From positions 7,915 through 71,914 of the forward strand of contig CAZKRU010000001.1 of the NCBI GenBank assembly GCA_964555235.1: 64,000 nucleotides of DNA, written 5' to 3'. The position numbers and the translations under genes are program-made. This stretch comes from an uncultured Verrucomicrobiota bacterium. Lineage in GTDB: Bacteria > Verrucomicrobiota > Verrucomicrobiia > Methylacidiphilales > CAMAQI01. This document shows positions 8,570-17,850 of the stretch, one piece after another; position 1 is the first letter of the stretch; every line of letters starts with the position of its first letter. A model generated the notes under the pieces. It saw only the letters and a program-made list of their open reading frames with translations, was not told the DNA's origin and did not search any database.

Positions 8570-11252
8570 AAATCTCCTGGGCTACTTTTCGTGAGGCTTC
8601 AATCATTTCCAGATAGGGAGTGTCCGTGACACTTAAAAAGCCGTAACCGTGATTTTCGCCTTCCAGAGTGCGTCCTGCCGCATTTTCATCCACCAACGCG
8701 AACCAATGAACACCAACAAAATTAGGATTCGCTGCGGCTCCCCTGACATAGCGGGAAAATTTTACCGCGCGATCCTCCGCATTCTTCGCCTGGACCAGCC
8801 CACCCCCGAAAACACCGCGATCTGTGGAACCAAAATGAAACTCACCAACCATGCAGGGCTTGTCAATTTCAACTGGAGGTTTCCAAGCGGCGATGGTGTC
8901 CCGATAGATATTAAACGAAACCACATCGCAGTATTCAGCGGCGATTTTTACCACTTGCTCATTGTGGTCGGCAAAACGGCACCCCAAATAGAGTTTTTTA
9001 GGGGCAACCTCTTTTACAGCTTTTCTAACACCTTCAAAATACTGCCGGGCAATCATGGCGTTGAATGCTCTCAAGTCTTTAATTCCTGCTTCCGATTGGG
9101 GGATCTCCTTGTAGCTGATCATTTCCTCCCATTTCGACAGTTTGGATCCCCAAGCCTGATTCAGTTTTTCAATCGCTCCGTAGTTTCCCTCGAGATACTT
9201 GACGAACTCGACCTTCACGTAATTGTCTTTGTTGCCGGCCAGCGCCGCCTTGGCTTGAAAAGTATCATCCCGCCAGGACAATTCATTATCAACAAAATAG
9301 CCAATACACATCGGATCATTGATCGAGTCTTTTGTGAATCGAAGAGTTGCCTTTTTTACCTCTCCAACAAATTCTGGATGAAATGGATCAGGAATCGGAT
9401 TGCGGGTATTTGCCTGCCAGGGCAGATTCTTGCACTGCAGAAATACCCAATCGGTATAAGGAATTAGGCCCTTATGGATAATTTTGGGCTCAGACCAATT
9501 TCCAATGGTGTTAAAACCCCAGTTCATCAGTCGCTTAGGCATCAAACTTTCCCAAACATTTTCCCAGTCATTCCCGTATTTCCTCTGAAGGTTGGCACTG
9601 TAAAAACTGAACGTTCTGAGTTTCATTCCCTTGTATTCTCCGTGTTTGATCCCACGTTCATCCGTCGTCGTGATGAACTGACTGAACTCTTTTTCATTTT
9701 TCCAGGGCTCATCTGCAAACCAGCCCTCCCGGCGATCGATTGGAGTGGCAATGCCCTTTAATTTCACGACGTCCATTCCTAGCGAAAAAAAGAGTTTCCC
9801 CTCGGGATCAACCAAGTGCCATTTATTGTTATGCTTTGCTGTATAAAAGGAGCCGGTCGCATTAAGTTGGGGACCCTCAGCCCATCCTCCATAACGATTC
9901 CAGTTAGAGGGACGTGGATTGGAATCAATATACTTTAGTTCCGCCTCTTTTTCACGGGCGATGTCGCCGTCCGTTTTCACCTTACCTGGCCAATCCTGGT
10001 GGATGTATTGTCCGTATTTGTCAATAAATGGAAAAAAGGGCTCTGGGATCACCTCGCCCTTGGGATCAAAGGAACCAGTGGGTTTGATGCTATGGATGGT
10101 GATATCATAAGCTCTCGCCGGGTGGCTAAGAAAAAAGCTTACTTCAATAATATTACTCGGGTCAATCATAGCTCCATGGTTTCCTCTCCCCCCCCAGGGA
10201 GTTTTATGCATCCCCTCGAGTTTCTTCCTCAGATTTTCAGCAAAATAGCGATCCATCTCAATGGATACGATTCCGCTCTCTCCCGGATCAAGACTGATTT
10301 TCCCATTGTTCCTGTTGGATTTACCCGTGGCATTGGGATTATCCACTGTGGCCAACAGCTGGATGGATTCATTCGTATTGTTGGTTAATGCAAACTCAAC
10401 ATGTGTATAGGCCGAAAGATTCCAAGCGCCAGAAGGGGCTTTGAAAACTATATTGGGATAAGGGCTCTTAAATCCCGTCTTTACCCTCACCGCCTTGGCT
10501 CCGTTGATATCAGCAATTTCAAAGACAGAGTCATTGGTTGTGATGAGCGATCTCACATCAGGAGAGGAAAAATCAACCAGCAGAGGCTTTGTCCATGGCT
10601 CATTTTTGACGGTCGACACTGCCGACTTCCGCTCTTCATCCTGAGTTGCCGCTGCCGCCACTGAATTAGCGGTTCCCCCCGCAGGGACTCCGAATGCCTG
10701 AATATTTTTCACGATGAGCACCCCATCCTCTTTCGGTTGAGTGAGAAAAACGTGAATCGCAATAATCGCGGTACGATCGAGCGGATATTGAACTTGCTTC
10801 CCTTTGCTCTCACCAAAAACCACTTCGAAAACTCGCGTTTCACCAGGAGCCAGCGTATCACCTCCCACGATCCATTTTTTCTCTGCAGGAGTTCCTTGAT
10901 TATCAACACGAAGCGAAATCTTTTCCAGGTTTTTTCCCGCATTCGTAATCTCCGTACGAATCCCCGCGTATCCACTTAAATCCCAAGTCCCCGAAGGAGG
11001 TGAAAACTGAACATCGGGATATTTCTGACTTGCCTTAAAATCGATCTTTAAACACTTTTGTCCTCCCACTTCAGAAAGACTGACGTTGGCTTCGCGCGGC
11101 TTTAGTTTTGAGAGATCTGCATCACTTTCCATGTTAAACAGAGATTTCGGCTCGGGTTTCGTCTCCACCGCAAAAGCTCCTCCGAGGTGACCCATGAGGA
11201 AAAGAAGGGCCATTGAACTCGCTTTAATCAGCTTATTTTGAACGTTTGACAT
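8550..11252 (-). CDS. Secreted glycoside hydrolase-like protein, array copy 4
   Basis: 900-aa ORF with the same architecture, including YFVDNELSW and MVGEFHFG motifs. Its start overlaps the stop of 11233..13923 by 20 nt, which suggests an operon. Confidence 0.9.
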   Translation of the reverse strand: MSNVQNKLIKASSMALLFLMGHLGGAFAVETKPEPKSLFNMESDADLSKLKPREANVSLSEVGGQKCLKIDFKASQKYPDVQFSPPSGTWDLSGYAGIRTEITNAGKNLEKISLRVDNQGTPAEKKWIVGGDTLAPGETRVFEVVFGESKGKQVQYPLDRTAIIAIHVFLTQPKEDGVLIVKNIQAFGVPAGGTANSVAAAATQDEERKSAVSTVKNEPWTKPLLVDFSSPDVRSLITTNDSVFEIADINGAKAVRVKTGFKSPYPNIVFKAPSGAWNLSAYTHVEFALTNNTNESIQLLATVDNPNATGKSNRNNGKISLDPGESGIVSIEMDRYFAENLRKKLEGMHKTPWGGRGNHGAMIDPSNIIEVSFFLSHPARAYDITIHSIKPTGSFDPKGEVIPEPFFPFIDKYGQYIHQDWPGKVKTDGDIAREKEAELKYIDSNPRPSNWNRYGGWAEGPQLNATGSFYTAKHNNKWHLVDPEGKLFFSLGMDVVKLKGIATPIDRREGWFADEPWKNEKEFSQFITTTDERGIKHGEYKGMKLRTFSFYSANLQRKYGNDWENVWESLMPKRLMNWGFNTIGNWSEPKIIHKGLIPYTDWVFLQCKNLPWQANTRNPIPDPFHPEFVGEVKKATLRFTKDSINDPMCIGYFVDNELSWRDDTFQAKAALAGNKDNYVKVEFVKYLEGNYGAIEKLNQAWGSKLSKWEEMISYKEIPQSEAGIKDLRAFNAMIARQYFEGVRKAVKEVAPKKLYLGCRFADHNEQVVKIAAEYCDVVSFNIYRDTIAAWKPPVEIDKPCMVGEFHFGSTDRGVFGGGLVQAKNAEDRAVKFSRYVRGAAANPNFVGVHWFALVDENAAGRTLEGENHGYGFLSVTDTPYLEMIEASRKVAQEIYVIRSK

Positions 11253-13923
11253 AAATCTCCTGGGCTAATTTTCGAGAGGCCTCCACCATTTCAAGATAGG
11301 GCGTATCCGTAATACTTAAAAAACCGAAACCGTAATTTTCACAATCACTGACTCGACCCGACGTGGGCTCATCCACCAAAGCAAACCAATGCGCCCCCAC
11401 GATCAGAGGATTTGACGCCGCTCCCGTCACGTAGCGCGCAAACTTCACGGCACGATCCGCGGCATCTTTTGCTTTAGCAAGACCTGGCCCGAAAACCCCT
11501 CGATCTGTGGCACCAAAATGAAACTCTCCGATTATCACTGGCTTATCAATCTCAGCGACCGGCTTCCATCCGGCAACCGTGTCGCGGTAGATGTTGAATG
11601 AAACGACATCACAGTACTCGGCCGAAATCTTAACCACCTGGGCATTGTGATCGGCAAAGCGACAGCCCAGATATAGCTTCTTGGGAGCGACTTCTTTCAT
11701 CACCTTACTGACAATCTCGAAATATTTCCGGGCGATTTTTGCATTAAAATCTCTCAAATCCTTGACCGCCGCATCCGTGGTTGGAATCTCTTTGGCTCCG
11801 AGCATTTTTTCCCATTGGGAATACGATGTTCCCCATGCCGCATTTAATTTTTCGATCTTGCCGTAGCTCGCCTGAAGTTCCTTGATCAGCTCTACTTTGA
11901 CCGGTTTTGAAGCGTCACCCACCATGGCTGCCTTCGCCTGAAACGTGTCATCGCGCCAAGAAAGTTCGTTATCAACAAAGTACCCGATACAGAATGGATC
12001 CTCGAGACTTTCACTGGTGAATTGAACCGCATTTTTTCTGATTTCTTCCTCAAATGTCGGATGAAACGGATCCGCGATGGGATTACGGGTATTCGCCTGC
12101 CATGGAAGGCTTGGCGAACGATGAAAGACCCAATGAGTGTAAGGAATTCCCCCTTTTTTCAGAATTTTCGGATCAGACCAATTTCCAATCGTATTAAAAC
12201 CCCAATTCATGAGCCGTTTGGGCATCAGGTCGCACCAAGTGTTCTCCCAATCTGCCCCATATTTTCTTTGGAGATTGGCACCGAAAAAATTAAACGAACG
12301 GATCTTCTGCCCTTTATATTCTCCATGCTGAACCGCCGTTTCTTTAACCGTCGTCACTAATTCACTAAATCCCTTTTCATGCTCCCAAGGGGCATCCGCA
12401 AACCATCCATCTCTATGATCAATTGGCGTCCCATTCTTCGTCTGCACCACATCAATCCCCATGGAAAAGAATAAACGACCTTCGGGGTCGACAAGGTGCC
12501 ACTTTCCTTCGTGCTTCGCCGTGTAGAAATGTCCGGTCGCTTTCAATTGCGGGCCATCCGCCCAACCTCCGTAACGATTCCAGCTCGAAGGGCGAGGATT
12601 CGTATTGATATATTTTAATTCAAGTGCTTTCTCACGAGCAAAATCGTCGTTCGACTTCACCTTCCCCAGCCAATCCTTGTGAATGTATTGTCCGTAACGA
12701 TCAATGAAGGGGAAAAAGGGCTCGGGAATGACCTGAGTGGATGCATCAAAAGCGCCCACCGCTTTAATGCTGTTGACCGTGAATTCGTAAGGCTTTGCAG
12801 GAGTATTTAAAAAGAGACTGACTTGCACGATATTCGAAGGATCAATCATCGGGCCGTATTGAGAACGAACGCCCCACGGGGTGTAGCGCATTCCGGCGAG
12901 CTTCTCTCTCAATTTCTCAGCAAAGTAACGATTGAAGGTAACCGTGAGTGTTCCACTCTCACCCGGATCGAGACTCAGCTTCCCTCCATTGGAGTTGGAT
13001 TTTCCTGTGGCTCCCGGATTATCGACTCGTCCATTTATCTGAAGCGACTCTTGGCTCTTGTTCGTAATACCAATCTCAATTTGATTGTAAGCTTCGAGAT
13101 TCCAACTGCCATTCGCTGCGTTGAACGCGACGTTCGGAAAAGGCTTCGCGAAGCCGGTCGTGACCCGAAGCGCCTTCTGACCATTCACCTCAATAAATTC
13201 CTGCTTTGAATCGAGACCGGTAATGCGAGAGATGGCATCAGGTTCAGCGAAATTAAAGAGCTCAGGTTTCGTCCAAGGCTCATTTTTTACGGTCGGCCCC
13301 ACTGCGGCACCCGTCCCCTTAGGCTCGGAAGCCGCTTTGACAATCGGCGCCCCCTTCTCTGCGGTGGAACCTCCGAATGCCTGAATACTTTTCACGATGA
13401 GCACCCCATCCTCTTTCGGTTGAGCGAGAAAAACGTGAATCGCAATAATCGCCGCACGGTCGAGGGCATATTGAGCTTGCTTCCCTTTGCTCTCACCAAA
13501 AATCACTTCGAAAACTCGCGTTTCTCCAGGAGCCAGCTTATCACCTCCCGTGATCCATTTTTTCTCAGCAGGAGTCCCTTGATTATCAACACGAATCGAA
13601 ATTTTTTCCAGGTTTTTGCCCGCATTCGTAATCTCCGCACGGATCCCGGCGTATCCGCTTAAATCCCAAGTCCCGGAAGGAGGCGAAAACTGAACATCGG
13701 GGTACTTCTCACTTGCCTTAAAATCGATCTTTAAATATTTTTGTCCACTCCCTTCAGAAAGACTGACACTGGCTTCACGCGGCTTTAATTTTGAGAGATC
13801 CGTATCACTTTCAACCGCGAAAAGAGATTTAATGTTGCCTTCGGGTTTCCCCTCCTGCGCTGAAACTTGAATGTCATATCCTCCCAAGAGAAGGAGTGAG
13901 AAGAGTAAGGATTTTAATTTCAT
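11233..13923 (-). CDS. Secreted glycoside hydrolase-like protein, array copy 5
   Basis: 896-aa ORF with signal peptide MKLKSLLFSLLLLGG. The first CBM-like repeat is ~88% identical to that of copy 4, while the rest is ~60-65% identical. YFVDNELSW and IIGEFHFG motifs are present. Confidence 0.9.
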   Translation of the reverse strand: MKLKSLLFSLLLLGGYDIQVSAQEGKPEGNIKSLFAVESDTDLSKLKPREASVSLSEGSGQKYLKIDFKASEKYPDVQFSPPSGTWDLSGYAGIRAEITNAGKNLEKISIRVDNQGTPAEKKWITGGDKLAPGETRVFEVIFGESKGKQAQYALDRAAIIAIHVFLAQPKEDGVLIVKSIQAFGGSTAEKGAPIVKAASEPKGTGAAVGPTVKNEPWTKPELFNFAEPDAISRITGLDSKQEFIEVNGQKALRVTTGFAKPFPNVAFNAANGSWNLEAYNQIEIGITNKSQESLQINGRVDNPGATGKSNSNGGKLSLDPGESGTLTVTFNRYFAEKLREKLAGMRYTPWGVRSQYGPMIDPSNIVQVSLFLNTPAKPYEFTVNSIKAVGAFDASTQVIPEPFFPFIDRYGQYIHKDWLGKVKSNDDFAREKALELKYINTNPRPSSWNRYGGWADGPQLKATGHFYTAKHEGKWHLVDPEGRLFFSMGIDVVQTKNGTPIDHRDGWFADAPWEHEKGFSELVTTVKETAVQHGEYKGQKIRSFNFFGANLQRKYGADWENTWCDLMPKRLMNWGFNTIGNWSDPKILKKGGIPYTHWVFHRSPSLPWQANTRNPIADPFHPTFEEEIRKNAVQFTSESLEDPFCIGYFVDNELSWRDDTFQAKAAMVGDASKPVKVELIKELQASYGKIEKLNAAWGTSYSQWEKMLGAKEIPTTDAAVKDLRDFNAKIARKYFEIVSKVMKEVAPKKLYLGCRFADHNAQVVKISAEYCDVVSFNIYRDTVAGWKPVAEIDKPVIIGEFHFGATDRGVFGPGLAKAKDAADRAVKFARYVTGAASNPLIVGAHWFALVDEPTSGRVSDCENYGFGFLSITDTPYLEMVEASRKLAQEIYVKRSK

Positions 13924-13983
13924 TGGGAGGGATTCTGTTAAGTGTTGGTAGATCGAAAAGCCATTTACTCTGCAAATTGGATT

Positions 13984-14020
13984 ATGATTACACGTTAAAT
14001 CTTTAAATGTGATCTGTCAA
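13984..14020 (-). promoter_or_regulatory. Conserved promoter/operator-like motif upstream of copy 5/copy 4 operon
   Basis: Coding strand reads TTGACA-gatcacatttaaagatt-TAACGT-gtaatcat, 61 nt upstream of the ATG at 13923. Confidence 0.5.
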
Positions 14021-14164
14021 ATCGAACGATTGGAAACTTCAAAGAATCTTTTTTGAATCGGAAAAGTGCACGTGGTTCTCGCTCCATCCTGACCTGACAC
14101 TGATGCGCCCGTGATTCTAATCATAGAGGAAGTTCTCAATCCTCCCCGATTCGATGTAAGATAG

Positions 14165-14206
14165 CAACAAAATGCAACCCGCGCCCTCTTGTGAGGACGC
14201 GGGTTG
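14165..14206 (-). terminator. Rho-independent terminator-like hairpin downstream of S8 protease gene
   Basis: The stem is CAACCCGCG / CGCGGGTTG (14175-14206) with inner CCTC/GAGG pairing. On the minus strand it is followed by CATTTTGTTG. Confidence 0.55.
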
Positions 14207-14269
14207 ATCAAGTTTGTTAGAATTTAAGGAGAGCAGCTGAATGCCCACTCACGCCTTCAAACTCACTCT

Positions 14270-16492
14270 TTATTTCAGAGGAACTGCTCCCTCCGGATAG
14301 ACCCGAAGGAAGGTACTCCCCACGGCGCCATTCCACCCATCGACTGAGATTTGGTAGGTAGTCCCCATGACAACAGGAATCGTCACCAGTGACTTCCGAT
14401 CTGTAGGTGCCGACGACGTCCCTCGATCGTCATTGCTCCCCTTTTCGATCAAGGTCGTTAACTGATCTCCCTCATAGACTCCCAGCATCGTGTCAAATCC
14501 CTTAAGACCTCCATAAGTCTCAAAGAGATAGGTTCCCGTACTCGGAGCAACCCACGAAAACCAAATCGATCTCGCCGATGGAAATCCTGCTTTATCCGGT
14601 TCTCCCACTTCCACCGATGCCCCCGAATTATCAACCGCAATCTTGATGTTCGCTCCTGAGATCAACTGACGATTTGAGAAATCGTCATTGGGAGGAGGCA
14701 GATCGACGTGAACCGCAACGGTTCCAGTCTCACCGCTTTTACCATCAACTGCAATCAGGTAGCCCTTCCCTGATTGAACCGGAATGGTGACGTAACTGGT
14801 CTTTTTGCCATTCGCGTCATCATTACTTCCCAAAGGTAAGCCTTTGGGATTGCTCGCAGAATAGACTGCCATCACCGTATCCACCGCACTTCCTTCGGTA
14901 GAGATTCTGACGTTCCCACTTGCTTTCGCTACCCATCTAAACCAAACCGAGTGACCTCCCGCCACCCCCGCATGATCCAACTCCCCAACTTCTTTGGTCG
15001 CCCCTTGATTGGAAGCACGACCCGTTGCTGAGTTCTTCGTCAGCACAATCGCTTCAGCGATATCATCTCCCAACGGCCGTGTGTTCGTGCAAACTAATGC
15101 CTTCGCCACATTTAATCGTCCTTTCGATTGAACCTGGGCCCCATACCTTGCTTGAAGAGCAGCATCCGTCGATGTCTCGACCCCTCGACACAACCGATTG
15201 ATCAATTGGCTATAACTGTCAGCGGGGAAATGCGCCTTCATCAATGCCAACGCTCCTGCGACCTGAGGAGTCGCCATCGAGGTTCCACTCCATGCCGCAT
15301 ACGCCGTGTCAGAGCTTTTGATACAAGAAACAATTTCGTTTCCGGGAGCAAACAAATTCACGGTTCCCGAACCGTAATTGCTCCAGCTCGGCCTGGTCCC
15401 ATCACGAGAGATGGCTCCCACGGCAACGATGTTATCGAGCAAATACGATGACGGATAATGAGCCGCCACATCAATGTTCTGACCATTGTTTCCAGCCGCG
15501 GCAACAAAGATGATTCCAACCTGCCGCGCAGATTCAATTGAATCACGAAGTGCTTGAGAATAACCACCTCCACCCCAACTGTTACTCATGATATGGGCGC
15601 CCATTTTGCGAGCATACTCCACACACTCAATTGCATCAGAGGTAGTTCCACTACCCGATGCACTCAAAAACTTACAGCCCATGAGCTTCACCTTCGGCGC
15701 AATCCCTGTCATCCCTAACCCATCATTCGAAGAAGCCCCGATGACTCCGGCACAATGACTCCCGTGGCCATGATCGTCTTTCGGGTCTCCGTTCTTGCTT
15801 TTGATGGAGTTAATTCCATAAACGTCATCGATATATCCGTTCCCATCATCATCGACTTTGTTCGTCGCCTTGTCTCTCCCTTGAGCATCTAATCCCGTCT
15901 CGCCCGGATTCTTCCACATGCTGTTTTTGAGATCCTGATGCGTGTAGCGAATCCCCGTATCAATCACCGCCACAATAATATTCTCAGCAGAGGGCTGAAT
16001 ATCCCATGCTTCAGACGCATGAATATCCACACCGAAAACCCCGACCTTCGGATCGTTTTTTCCAGCCTGACCGGTATTCCGCAATGCCCATTGGCTCCCA
16101 TCCAAAAAGAGAGGATCATTGGGTGTCGCATTCAGTGAAATTTCAAAATCGGGCTCTGCAAAATCAACCGCGCCGCTCTTCCGATACTTCTCAATCATAC
16201 TCTCGACCGATTCCCCTGCCGGTACCTCAACCAAATGCGCATTCATTCGTTGAGAGAGAACTTTTTTAGATTGAGTCCTCAGCTTTTTATTGAGCGAATC
16301 AATTTCACCCAACTGCTTCCCTTTTTTAAATTTAACAATCAGCTGATTTTCCTTGAAAACAGGAGGCGACGGAGGCGTCGCCAAGTCGCTTGCTTCTTCT
16401 TGAGCTTGGAGTGGCATCCCAATCAGGAGGCTACATCCGATGGCTGCCAGCCAGGATTTCACGGTCTTTCGGTTCAATTTGAGCTTTTTCAT
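14270..16492 (-). CDS. Secreted subtilisin-like serine protease (peptidase S8) with C-terminal PPC-like domains
   Basis: 740 aa with a signal peptide and an I9-like propeptide. Triad motifs are VAVIDTGI (D), HGHGSHCAG (H) and SGTSMATPQVAG (S). Two C-terminal beta-domain repeats follow. Confidence 0.92.
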   Translation of the reverse strand: MKKLKLNRKTVKSWLAAIGCSLLIGMPLQAQEEASDLATPPSPPVFKENQLIVKFKKGKQLGEIDSLNKKLRTQSKKVLSQRMNAHLVEVPAGESVESMIEKYRKSGAVDFAEPDFEISLNATPNDPLFLDGSQWALRNTGQAGKNDPKVGVFGVDIHASEAWDIQPSAENIIVAVIDTGIRYTHQDLKNSMWKNPGETGLDAQGRDKATNKVDDDGNGYIDDVYGINSIKSKNGDPKDDHGHGSHCAGVIGASSNDGLGMTGIAPKVKLMGCKFLSASGSGTTSDAIECVEYARKMGAHIMSNSWGGGGYSQALRDSIESARQVGIIFVAAAGNNGQNIDVAAHYPSSYLLDNIVAVGAISRDGTRPSWSNYGSGTVNLFAPGNEIVSCIKSSDTAYAAWSGTSMATPQVAGALALMKAHFPADSYSQLINRLCRGVETSTDAALQARYGAQVQSKGRLNVAKALVCTNTRPLGDDIAEAIVLTKNSATGRASNQGATKEVGELDHAGVAGGHSVWFRWVAKASGNVRISTEGSAVDTVMAVYSASNPKGLPLGSNDDANGKKTSYVTIPVQSGKGYLIAVDGKSGETGTVAVHVDLPPPNDDFSNRQLISGANIKIAVDNSGASVEVGEPDKAGFPSARSIWFSWVAPSTGTYLFETYGGLKGFDTMLGVYEGDQLTTLIEKGSNDDRGTSSAPTDRKSLVTIPVVMGTTYQISVDGWNGAVGSTFLRVYPEGAVPLK

Positions 16493-16550
16493 CGTTCCTA
16501 TCTCCTTTTATTATTTCAACTGACTTTTTACTTTCAATTCCGATAAATGA

Positions 16551-16584
16551 ATGATCACAGGTTAAATCATTTAATCGTTCAAAG
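16551..16584 (-). promoter_or_regulatory. Conserved promoter-like motif upstream of S8 protease gene
   Basis: Coding strand reads ...gattaaatGATTTAACCTGTGATCAT, 59 nt upstream of the ATG at 16492. It shares the GATTTAACnTGTGATC core with the 17775 site and overlaps the 3' end of the SGNH gene. Confidence 0.4.
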
Positions 16585-17670
16585 ATTCGGCAAAATGCGC
16601 GTATAAAGGCCGTCCGCAAAGATTTGAGCGCCCTTGGGAGTCAGATGGACCGCATCCACTAAACTTTTTTCGGTCGTAGCAGTGATGATCTCCTCCCCAT
16701 TGACGACAAAGATATTGGCGTCACCTGCTGCTTTTCGTGCCGTTACGATCTCGGTGACCGCATTTCGATAAGGCTCAATCGTCACTCCATTTCCATTCAC
16801 AACCGTCTTCGTGTAAGTTTGGCGAATCAAAAAGATCTTCGCATCCGGATGACTCGTCCGAATCGTTCGAACATCCTCATCCAATCCCTTTTTGTAATCA
16901 GCCACACTCTTCTCCCCCTGCCAATCATTGTAGCCAATCAGATAGGTGATCATGTCAACTTTGGTCCAGTTGTTTACCAATGCGGTGATCCGGGGAGCAA
17001 TCTTACTTCCCCCACTGGCAAGATTGAAAAGCTCATATCCCAGCTTTTCCGATAAGAGAAAGGCGTAGGTCTTGTAGGCTGCCGATGACTGACCTGTTCC
17101 ATGCGTAATCGAATCCCCCAGCGCGAGGTAAACCTTCTTCTGAGGCACCACCAGCGGCACCAAAGGTTTTCCTGGGACCAGATCAATTCCTGTCAGAAAC
17201 GGATTCGACCAGCTCGGCAATACAATGTCATAGGTCGACTCACCCGCCACCGCACTTGTCAGCGACACGGTCATCTCATGCTGTGTGTTGGGAAAGTTGA
17301 ATGCTTGGAGCCAGACGCCATTCACATAAACCCCAAAACTTGAACCTTTATTCACTTCGCCAGCGATCGTCTTAAAATTGACGTTGATCGTCGGACTGGC
17401 AGTGCGAAAGAGAATCCGAACCCCCGAGGTCGTTCTCGCACGGGTTCCAAATGCCTGAAGCTGTCCAACCGGGATCGAAAGAATCTCTTCGGGCATCCGA
17501 AGAAACTCGACCCCCAAGGCGTCATTGACTGCAAACTTCGAACCCTGAATCAAAATGTTGGGATCCGTCGGTGCGACAGAGACCAAACTCTGAGCCATCC
17601 CGTAAAACGGGGTCAATGCTAAAAAGAGAATCGCTACCATACTACGTTTAAGGATCGATTGTATTTTCAT
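16579..17670 (-). CDS. Secreted SGNH/GDSL hydrolase (CE2-like esterase architecture)
   Basis: 363 aa with a signal peptide and an N-terminal beta-sandwich. LALGDSITHG supplies the block I Ser and DAVHLTPKG the block V DxxH. Confidence 0.85.
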   Translation of the reverse strand: MKIQSILKRSMVAILFLALTPFYGMAQSLVSVAPTDPNILIQGSKFAVNDALGVEFLRMPEEILSIPVGQLQAFGTRARTTSGVRILFRTASPTINVNFKTIAGEVNKGSSFGVYVNGVWLQAFNFPNTQHEMTVSLTSAVAGESTYDIVLPSWSNPFLTGIDLVPGKPLVPLVVPQKKVYLALGDSITHGTGQSSAAYKTYAFLLSEKLGYELFNLASGGSKIAPRITALVNNWTKVDMITYLIGYNDWQGEKSVADYKKGLDEDVRTIRTSHPDAKIFLIRQTYTKTVVNGNGVTIEPYRNAVTEIVTARKAAGDANIFVVNGEEIITATTEKSLVDAVHLTPKGAQIFADGLYTRILPNL

Positions 17671-17774
17671 AGGATTTGGATTGAGTTCTAATTTATCGAA
17701 CTGTTTTTCTGATGATTGCCCCTCGAACTTGCGGACAGATTTCCCTCATGAGCTTCAATAAAGGTAAATTCATA

Positions 17775-17811
17775 ACGATCACAGGTTAAATCATTAAATA
17801 ATCTTCGTCAA
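17775..17811 (-). promoter_or_regulatory. Conserved promoter-like motif upstream of SGNH hydrolase gene
   Basis: Coding strand reads TTGACG-aagattatttaatgatt-TAACCT-gtgatcgt, 105 nt upstream of the ATG at 17670. Confidence 0.45.
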
Positions 17812-17850
17812 CACTAAAATATTGTAATTGTGATTTATTTTTAAAATGTG

